Of a stretch of 64,000 nucleotides of DNA, positions 56,005 through 64,000 are shown in pieces. Location: NCBI RefSeq assembly GCF_025526975.1, contig NW_026515674.1, forward strand, positions 186,001-250,000, given 5' to 3'. The position numbers and the translations under genes were made by a program. The notes below the pieces were generated by a model. That model did no database searches and was not told where the DNA came from. It saw only the letters and a list, made by a program, of their open reading frames with translations. This stretch comes from Fimicolochytrium jonesii (lineage: Eukaryota). How positions within the stretch are numbered: the first letter of the stretch is position 1; each line of letters begins with the position of its first letter.

Positions 56005-58620
56005 CTACCCAAACAACTTCTCACTCAACCTCTTCCCCTCGCTCCTCTCCTCCTCCCTCTCCTCCCCCTCCCCCAACAACTCCGGAAACATCTCCTCCAC
56101 AAACGCCGCAAACTCCGTCTGCGCGTGCCTCAATCTACTCGCCACGGATGCCGAATCGCGTTTCGGTAAATTCGCCTCTCTCTTCTTCTTATCGCTATCA
56201 TGCACCAGAAACGCGTCAGCGGCATGCATCGCCCGCGTGTAATTCTCATGTGTGGGCTCGTAACCCGCGGCTTTCATGTCGAGGAGGGTGGAGATTGCGT
56301 CCGACGCGGACCCGCCGCGCATATGCAGGGTGAGGAGGTATCCATACCCCTCCCTATTCAGCGGGCGTCGGTACGGGGCCGGTCGTTTCTCCGTCGCGTC
56401 AGCCGGGTCCGGCTCCCCACGACCCGCGATCATATCCGCCCACGCCTTGGCAGAGTTCCGTCCGCTCTGTTCGAGAACCGCGCGGAGCATCACTGTGACC
56501 GTTTGCGCTGTGAGGATGATGGGGTGGTCGGGGTTGCGGGAGGCGGCTTCGAGGGACATGTAGATGTGGATGCAGCGGAGAAAGTCGCGGCGGCGACGGG
56601 CGGATTCGAGGGCTGCGCGGTAGGTTTTCTCGCGGACGGGGCGGTTGAATAGGGTGAGCTCGGCGTAGAGGGTGAGGATGACGTGGGTGAGTTCCTGTTC
56701 GCGGTCGATGATGGCCTCTGCGTCGCGGATGGACACGTGGTCGGCCTCGGGGAAGTCTAGGGTGTCGAGCTCGCGGCCCATGGTGATGACCTGGAGTTCG
56801 AGCTCGTCGCGTATAGCCTCGAAGCGGCCGGTGAAGGGGCGGGATGCGTATGTTTTGTTCTGCCGCGCGTGGGTGATGATGGTCGCTGCGTCGGTGTAGC
56901 TGCGGAGACGGAGGGCGCAATCCAGGAGGGCTTCGTAGAGCTCGAAGGAGGCCGTGAGGGATTTGGTCGCGTCCTCGTCGTCTGTGCGGTGAATCATGTC
57001 GCGGAATACGTCCATGGCGTTGGCCAGATCCCGAGCGGCGCAGAAGCCTTCGATCACGATCGCGTAAGTGGCATGGTTGGCGACGGTGTGCGGCTCCTGG
57101 GCGCGGAGGAGGTCCCAGTACTCGCGGAGGATATCTGGGCGGAACTTCTTGGCCGCGCATTGGAGGATGAGGTTGTAGCATTGCACTGTGGGCCAGATCT
57201 CGGCCACCGTGCGCATTTCTGTGAAGACCCGGATCGCTTCGTCGATGTCGCCGGCTTCACTGTGGGCGTTGATGATGAATTGGTAGGAGGCGTAGACATG
57301 GGTTCGTTGGCGATCGACGTTGCTTTCGCGGAGGGTCTTGAGGACCCTTTCGGCTTCTGCTAACCGTCCCGCTTTGCAAAACGCTCCGATGAGTGTCGTG
57401 TAGGTGACGGCGTCGGGATCGACTCGCCGGCGTGTCATGTCCTTTGTCAGCGCCGCTGCATCATCCAGCTCCCCTTGCTTTGTCAATGCGTGAATGACGT
57501 TGTTGTAAAGAAACGCATCGAGTTTCACGCCCGAGTCCGCCACTTTCGTATACAGATCGCAGATTTTGCCCCATTGCTGCTTGCGTCGGTATCCGTTCAT
57601 AATGATAGCGTAATCGTACCGATCGGGCCGTAGATTCCGCGATTCCATCTCCATCAATAATTTCTCAGCGCGCTCCATGTCGTCGTGAGTGGCGTGAATC
57701 TTGATCAACAACGCTAACGTTCTGTGGTCAGGCTCGTATGCCAGATCCAGCATCTCGCTATAGTACCGATCAGCCGTTTCTGGCTTTGACTTGCAGCATG
57801 CGATGAGTTCATTGAACGTAGCGACGTTCGGCGCTATGCCTTCCTGCAGCATCCGATTGAAGAAGGCGACAGCGGCATCGAGATTGCCAGTGTTTGCATA
57901 CATCCGGAGAAACGTGTTGTAAGTGTCCATGTTTGGCTCCAGCTTGTTTTGTTGCAGCCTCATCAGGATCCCGCGAGCAGCGGCCATGTCTCCTATCGCA
58001 GCATAGGCACTGAGGTATAGGTTGTAGTCTTCGGTGGTGGGTTCTATTGCCTGTTGGGTCATTGTGGCGAGGATCTGATCTGCGTACTCAAATTTGGGAG
58101 CCGGGCCATCTTGCGAGGTCTTTAACAGGATCGCGAGTAGCGCCCGGAAATGCCAGGCTTTTAGATCGCCGCGAGCGTCGGCATCTAGTAGGATATCATG
58201 TAGTTTCAACCAGGCGGTAATACAGTTTTTTGTCTGCAGCGCTGTTTCGAGCCCAGGGAAATCGGGCGGGAGCACCTTTCGGGTTTGGTTGACAGCTTCT
58301 TCAAAGGGGTCTCTCTTTCCGGGATCTGTCGGGGCATCTCCGTCTTTCCTCCATCTCCGCTCGCGATCTCGCCTACGTCTTCCCCGTCCACTACTCGAGT
58401 CGCTCAGTCGCGACACGGGACGCCCGTCTTGTCCCTCGTTGTTTTCTTTCGGGTATACGTGGCGCGGAATGGCGGCTCGAGCTGACGGACAGCTCGTTGA
58501 CGACAGGACTCTGAAGTGGCTGGGAATGATAGGCACTACTCTACGGTGTGCTTCACCTCCTAATCGAAGCGCTAGAGAACTCCGGGAACATGAGCGACAC
58601 CGGGCTGCGATGGTGGACAT
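56005..58620 (-). CDS. Pentatricopeptide-repeat protein, probably mitochondrial
   Basis: Tandem 35-aa units (TYNTFLRMYANTGNLDAAVAFFNRMLQEGIAPNVA; TYTTLIGAFCKAGRLAEAERVL). Arg/Ser-rich N-terminus. Confidence 0.93.
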   Translation of the reverse strand: MSTIAARCRSCSRSSLALRLGGEAHRRVVPIIPSHFRVLSSTSCPSARAAIPRHVYPKENNEGQDGRPVSRLSDSSSGRGRRRRDRERRWRKDGDAPTDPGKRDPFEEAVNQTRKVLPPDFPGLETALQTKNCITAWLKLHDILLDADARGDLKAWHFRALLAILLKTSQDGPAPKFEYADQILATMTQQAIEPTTEDYNLYLSAYAAIGDMAAARGILMRLQQNKLEPNMDTYNTFLRMYANTGNLDAAVAFFNRMLQEGIAPNVATFNELIACCKSKPETADRYYSEMLDLAYEPDHRTLALLIKIHATHDDMERAEKLLMEMESRNLRPDRYDYAIIMNGYRRKQQWGKICDLYTKVADSGVKLDAFLYNNVIHALTKQGELDDAAALTKDMTRRRVDPDAVTYTTLIGAFCKAGRLAEAERVLKTLRESNVDRQRTHVYASYQFIINAHSEAGDIDEAIRVFTEMRTVAEIWPTVQCYNLILQCAAKKFRPDILREYWDLLRAQEPHTVANHATYAIVIEGFCAARDLANAMDVFRDMIHRTDDEDATKSLTASFELYEALLDCALRLRSYTDAATIITHARQNKTYASRPFTGRFEAIRDELELQVITMGRELDTLDFPEADHVSIRDAEAIIDREQELTHVILTLYAELTLFNRPVREKTYRAALESARRRRDFLRCIHIYMSLEAASRNPDHPIILTAQTVTVMLRAVLEQSGRNSAKAWADMIAGRGEPDPADATEKRPAPYRRPLNREGYGYLLTLHMRGGSASDAISTLLDMKAAGYEPTHENYTRAMHAADAFLVHDSDKKKREANLPKRDSASVASRLRHAQTEFAAFVEEMFPELLGEGEEREEERSEGKRLSEKLFG

Positions 58621-59349
58621 TTTCTTCGACGGTAATCGCAAACGGCTTCGGAATGGGAAGTGAAAGTTGTAAGAGCACCCAAGAAGCCTACAGCGTCACT
58701 CAGGCTCGGTCAATGGCAGAGTTATAGCTGTAAGGTCCCCAGGGGTATGCTAGTGAGGCTGGGACGATGACCAGGTTTGACATTACCTGTCCCAGTTTGG
58801 AAGTCTCGGAAATGTTCGCCAACACACGCGCTGACATAAGCCGGCCTGCACAAGCCACGCCGCAAGCCACATGGGAGACGAGGCCCTCCCCAGACACAGA
58901 AACAACCTTGAAGGTACTCTTCCCACGGACTCATGCAAGTTCAGAACTGGACAGGTAGGATTACAGGTTCGACCGTGAGACATTTCGAGGGTCGACTAAC
59001 CCCCTCCGATTGGCACTATCAGAAAGGACCCTGCGTGTTCTGGATGGGACGTCGGGCGTTGAGAGCCTTTACCGCAAGCCTTCTGTTGGTTCGAAGCAGG
59101 CGCCCGGGAAGTATCGCTTCTCATGGTCCATTTTCACTGCACCCGTGGTTGGTTGAGCACGCCGCGAGGAACCTGGCAAGGAACTCGCGAACTTGTCGTT
59201 TCGGACTACTACGCCGGCGGGTTGTGTCTGCTGGCGGTGAGACTGCGGCGAGGTCAATGGAAGCACAATAGCACATGGAGGAGGAGGAATCAGAGCCCAA
59301 CTGATGGCACGGGGGTTGGTCGACAAAGAATCCCGGGTCCTGTCCTTTC

Positions 59350-59718
59350 CTGGCTGATTGACGCGCAAGCCACCTTACGCGTCTGTGATTGGCTCCGACC
59401 GTAATTTGCTGATTGGTCAACGCCGATTTTAACAGCAGCATCAAATTTTCTGTCAATTGTTTTTCGTTAAACATGGAAAGAAAGGAAACCCGAACGGGAA
59501 ACATTGGACAAGGATCTTGCTCGCTGAAGGAGTCGATCGAGGCCAACCAACCATCGCTTTGCCCAAGTACTTGCATGTTCTACATTCTTGAAACGAGCAA
59601 AGTTGCCGCCATGTCTATCTTGTCTGTGCCGTGGGTGGGGGCTGGCATCGCATCGCAGCTGCTTGATGCCTCTTGCAGCCACACTGGTATGTCTGACGTC
59701 GGGGAAAATCCTATAAAG
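59350..59718 (+). promoter_or_regulatory. Clustered inverted CCAAT-like boxes (TGATTG[G/A] x3, about 59354-59416) and TATAAA (59712-59717) upstream of the AA16 gene
   Basis: Motif matches only. Confidence 0.35.
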
Positions 59719-59819
59719 CTGGGCATGGCCCGACCGGACCCTCTTCTCATCTCAGCTCATCCGCACATCATATCAAGTCCCTCCTCGTTCCCTCCAACCT
59801 CCACACAACTCCAAACAAG

Positions 59820-60617
59820 ATGTTCGCCCGCAACACAATCGCCGTCCTGGCCTTAGCCGCCACCGTCACCGCGCACGGCTTCGTCACCAGCCCGACCCCC
59901 CGCACCACGGGCCCTGCATACTCCGCGGCTTGCGGCCAAGCCATCTTCAACACCCAAAACTCCGACCACGGCGGCAACGTCCAAGACCTCCTCCAGAAAC
60001 GCGGCGAGGGCTTCGACGCGTCCAAATGCAACCTCTGGCTCTGCAAAGGCTATCAATTCGACGACAACCTCGCCTCCATCCAACAATTCACCCCCGGTCA
60101 GGTCCTCCCCATCAAGGTCAACATTGTCGCCCCGCACACAGGAACGGCCAACGTCTCGGTCGTCGACCTCGCCTCCAACTCCGTCATTGGATCCGAACTC
60201 ATCTTCTTCAACGACTACGCGTCCGTCCACCACCCCGCGGTCGCGCACGACTCGAACTTCGAGGTCACCATCCCGGACCTCGCGGGCAAATGCACGAAGC
60301 CGGGTCAGTGCGCGCTGCAATGGTACTGGGACTCCCGCGAGGTCAACCAGACCTACGAGAGCTGCATCGACTTTGTCATGGCCGGTGGTTCTACCCCCGC
60401 TCCAAAGCCGTCTTCCTCCCCTGCGGCCCCCGCACCCTCTTCCTCCCCTGCCGCCCCCTCCCCCGCCCCCGCAACCACCCAGCCTGCTGCTACCCCTACC
60501 GCCTCCCCCATCGACACCTACGAGCCCGAGTACCCCGCGACCTCCGCGGCCCCCATCTCCACACAGGAGCCCACCCCAACGGCCGCGCCCGCACCCAAGT
60601 GCCGCAAGAGGATGTAA
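59820..60617 (+). CDS. Secreted His-brace copper protein, CAZy AA16-type (LPMO superfamily), with a Pro/Ser/Thr tail
   Basis: 18-aa signal peptide, then mature His1 HGFVTSPTPR, ACG, CNLWLCKG, second His in IVAPHTGTANVSVV, CALQWYW, QTYESCIDF. Confidence 0.88.
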   Translation: MFARNTIAVLALAATVTAHGFVTSPTPRTTGPAYSAACGQAIFNTQNSDHGGNVQDLLQKRGEGFDASKCNLWLCKGYQFDDNLASIQQFTPGQVLPIKVNIVAPHTGTANVSVVDLASNSVIGSELIFFNDYASVHHPAVAHDSNFEVTIPDLAGKCTKPGQCALQWYWDSREVNQTYESCIDFVMAGGSTPAPKPSSSPAAPAPSSSPAAPSPAPATTQPAATPTASPIDTYEPEYPATSAAPISTQEPTPTAAPAPKCRKRM

Positions 60618-61165
60618 GGTCTCTTTATCCACCTCTTACACGGCCAATATACATAGACTATAGAATATACATAGAGCGACACCCCCCTTGGGGAGATGTA
60701 GATAGAGATGCGAATATAGAATGCACTGATGTTGAAATGAGAATTTTGTTCGAGTCATTTGCGAACTTCCTGCGTTCGGCTTGCTGATACCTGAGAACGT
60801 CTTGGTGCACAATTTGAATGTAGGTTGTGCAACGACTTCAGATCGAACGATGCACGGGTACGGCTGATGCCGATGCTATTTTGCTTTGGAAGATTGTTGT
60901 AGAAACAGTGGGAGATTCGCATAAGTGATTGTAGAAACAGTGGGAGAAACGCAGATACGAGGTGGTGGTCCACGAGCCGCGGGGCAGACAAGACGACGCC
61001 ATGAGTCAATGAGAGCAATCGTGGGGACTTCTGAACGTCTACTTGTCAAAGTCTATGCTAAGTGGGTATGCTCTCCGAGTACCTAATCCAAAAAAAAAAA
61101 TCCAGAATTGGTTTTTCCAATACATTGTTCACCGTACAGGCTCTAAACTGCTCCAAATGTGCTGC

Positions 61166-62020
61166 TTAATCCAACGCCCCCGGCGGCAACTTCGCCCTCG
61201 TATTCTCCACCATGACATCGGCCTTCATCACAACCTTCTCCCCAGCCACAACCTCCCTCCCACAGTGCATGACATTATAGTCAAACACCACAGCTCTCCC
61301 CGCCTTCGGCTTGACATCCAGAACAAGCGGCGGCGTATGCTCGGCATCGACAAACCGGGTCTCGCCGCCCTCAGCGACTTCGGTTAAGTACACCAATAAA
61401 GTGTACTGGCTCACATTGTGCGGGTCGTCCGGGTCGATGAATGGGGAGTCGTAGTGGCAGCGGAACTTGCCACCGGGGCCGTACTTGCTGAACCGGAGAC
61501 GAGGGTTTAGGCTTCCTCGTCTGCCGAACCGGCGTAATGAGTGGTCGGGGAGGAACGATTGTATGCGGGGCCAGAGGAGTTGGGCGACGCTTTCCCATCT
61601 GATTGTTACGGCGACGTCGTTGCGCAGGGATGCGTCGTCGATGAACTCGCCGTGTTTGTTGTGCGGTTGGCCGAATCTCTGCGCGCTGGCTTCTGCTAGG
61701 AGTTGCGCGATTTCGGCGGTTGTTAGGAGGTCGTCGAGGACGAGAAAGGTTCCTCGCTTTCCTTGGGTTGCGGTGTCAGTGTTTTCATGGGATATCGCGA
61801 CAAAGTCGGAGTCTTGCAGCCCGAGTAACCGGCCGCGGTACTCCATGTTCAGCCGGACGAGGTTGCCGGGGATCGTTCCATCGGGTAGAGGGCCCGGGAA
61901 GTTGCGGGATTCAGGCGTCCACTCAGGCTCTTGCCATGGTGTTGTTGGAATGAACTCGGGAGGCGTTCGCGAAGGCGGGGTGTTGCGAGACGGCAGGGTG
62001 GTGTGGGATATGGGCGACAT
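61166..62020 (-). CDS. 2-oxoglutarate/Fe(II) dioxygenase, prolyl-4-hydroxylase-like
   Basis: LNPRLRFSKY..G.KF..HYD, TLLVYL..GGETRF, PKAGRAVVF..MHCG..V..GEK. Start codon uncertain. Confidence 0.88.
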   Translation of the reverse strand: MSPISHTTLPSRNTPPSRTPPEFIPTTPWQEPEWTPESRNFPGPLPDGTIPGNLVRLNMEYRGRLLGLQDSDFVAISHENTDTATQGKRGTFLVLDDLLTTAEIAQLLAEASAQRFGQPHNKHGEFIDDASLRNDVAVTIRWESVAQLLWPRIQSFLPDHSLRRFGRRGSLNPRLRFSKYGPGGKFRCHYDSPFIDPDDPHNVSQYTLLVYLTEVAEGGETRFVDAEHTPPLVLDVKPKAGRAVVFDYNVMHCGREVVAGEKVVMKADVMVENTRAKLPPGALD

Positions 62021-63059
62021 GGGTTGCGGCGAGCGAGCGAGAGATGAATAGTTAATTACGGCAGGAATGAAGAGACTACTGATTGTCTTGAAGTAGGAAA
62101 GGAAAGTCTCGCGCACGAAATCTGAGGTGAACAAAAACGCACAGGCTGAGACTGCTAAACATACAAACAAACAATGGGTTGTGATGAGGTCGGGCATTTT
62201 GAAGTCCAGGTTGATTCTGATGACCCAAGACAAGAGTAGTCACCAGCAGAGCGTTGGAACACCGGTGTTTGCCCACCTACGCAGCTCCTGGAGGCTGTAC
62301 GCAACCAAAGTCGAGAGTGAGGGCAGGGACTTGTAGTCCAGCCACTGGGGGACCGTGCTGAGGCTACGGAGCTGCTGTGAACTTCTGGTTATGGAATGGC
62401 GAACGAGGCTCTCTGTTTGTTGCTGCTGGCCAAACGGTAACTTGCCCGATGCCGAAGCTGCAAACGTCCCAAACAAACAACGCGTCCCACCGATTCGGGA
62501 ACGCGATAGAAATGTCCGAAAACATCACCGTCCCCTCCAAGACTTGCGAAAACATTAAACCAAAGATTCCCGGCCAGTCTTCTGCTTCTACAACTTCTCG
62601 CTTGTGCCAAAGAAGTTGGTCAATCTTCGTGAATCCCGCCTACGATCACCGACCTGCAACTGCAAATGGTTCACGCTGACACTGTCACCTGCTATGGGAC
62701 TTTCAAATTCCGGGGATTCCATATAAGCGTCTCCAAGGTTCTGTCTGTTGTGGGGATGATCCATCAACTCCGACTTGCTCCCTCACGCGTCACTTCCTCA
62801 TCACCCGTCTAGCCCGTCTCGCCCTGTTCCTCACCCCTCAGCCCGACGTGATCCCGAGGACCCGCACCAACAGAGGAAGTATCCTGTGGTCGTTGACCAC
62901 GCCTCAGACTACTCGAACTCCGCAACGTCACTCACTACCTGCCCATCAGCAGCAGAGTTGATCGCATCGAGGTCTGGGGGGCAGTTCTCTCTGCTTGAAG
63001 CCGAGAAGGGGAAATCTCCCCGGCCACGGAGATGATGGATCGATACGACGAGCGGCGAC

Positions 63060-63964
63060 TTGCGTCAACTACGCCCGTACGACTGCCTTCCGCCATCGAT
63101 ATCCGCCTTCCTCTCCCTCACACCGATTGAGGTTTGCTGCGAAATCTTCCACGACTGTTTGCGGCACCTGTTTCTCTGTTTGCTTGAAATCAGCAACATC
63201 GTGCGTCAAACCGAACTCGAGGGGAAGACCAAACTTGTCGTATCTCCTTTCATAAACAAGAATGGCACCACAGGGAACGCCGTGGGATGCGTCTCTACGG
63301 GCATTGCGGAGCGAATATAAGCTAGACTACTCCGCGCACACACTACGTATACACTTGGGAAATTTCGTGAAGACTGCAGCCGGACGGCTGACACAAATAT
63401 CAACGTGGGCGCTGTCGGGACTATCGTGAGCAGCATCCGCCCTCCGTGACGGGCCCCCATCTACATCTCGTCAAAGGGGACGCTTTCCTCTCCTACATGA
63501 GTTACGGCGGTGTCTCGGTGCATCTCTGCATAGAACTGGCTCGAACGCCAAACGCTCAGATATCAGCCTCCGATATGTATGTCCTGCGTTCTGGCGTGAT
63601 TGATCCGGACGAAGCTGCTGCCGAGACACGATGTTGGTGAAACTTGGGCGTGCCGACCTCTCTGACATTTCCTGTGTGTATGTGTTTTTCTCCGGGGACC
63701 CGCGGTATCAATGACATCCGCCCAATAGGTAGGAAGGTGCTGATGCAATGGGTCGGCAAGCATGGTGAGATCGACTTAGCCACCGAAAGAGCAGAACGCG
63801 CAGACGCTATCGGCCTCTTCAAAACCCTGCGACGTGAACTAAGAAAGATTCACCTCGTCGGATATGGAAAGTGTCGGAGCTTCGCAACGGAAACGAACTT
63901 CTTTTATGCTAGGCTCATGCTAAGCTCTCGCGGTTCGCGGACGACGAGTTCGCCGTACACATGA
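63060..63964 (+). pseudogene. Possible decayed gene fragment (weak F-box-like FLSLTPIEVCCEIF)
   Basis: Short coding-like frames broken by stops; no coherent model. Confidence 0.2.
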
Positions 63965-64000
63965 GTCAGAGCGCGGCCGTTTTGAAATCTTTGTGCCTTA

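Noticed and set aside
58955..59000. GGTTCGA T-loop-like motif (possible tRNA)
   Set aside because: No cloverleaf or A box could be built. No tRNA or rRNA was found in the window.
60897..60947. 19-bp direct repeat ttgtagaaacagtgggaga x2
   Set aside because: Simple local duplication in a 3' intergenic region with no further structure.

Overview
Eukaryotic genomic DNA, gene-dense and GC-rich, with short GT-AG introns (mostly 60-130 nt). The gene content (PTEN-C2 formin, REJ/GPS protein, Fanzor1) points to a chytrid fungus, probably Spizellomycetales-like; this is an inference. About 20 genes can be reconstructed by hand: eIF3a, a PD-(D/E)xK-like protein, a WrbA/Pst2-type flavodoxin, DCP2, F-box, MATH-BTB, MYST HAT, a membrane protein, a six-exon Bet v1/SRPBCC gene, DHR1/DHX37, IMPase, a 1685-aa REJ-GAIN/GPS single-pass receptor, a mucin-like single-pass protein, a PTEN-C2-FH1-FH2 formin, an SSSCA1-like zinc-ribbon protein, PEX4, EMC4, a PPR protein, an AA16-type His-brace protein and a 2OG-Fe(II) oxygenase. 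There are also two decayed coding regions. The main find is hidden from the ORF track at about 44.15-45.59 kb: a 5'-truncated, intron-containing Fanzor1 (eukaryotic TnpB/OMEGA RNA-guided nuclease) relic. All three RuvC motifs are traceable, the RuvC-II motif has been flipped by a fold-back inversion, and a long hairpin region in the expected omega-RNA position follows it. Exon coordinates and family calls come from manual reading and motif recall; no database search was run.
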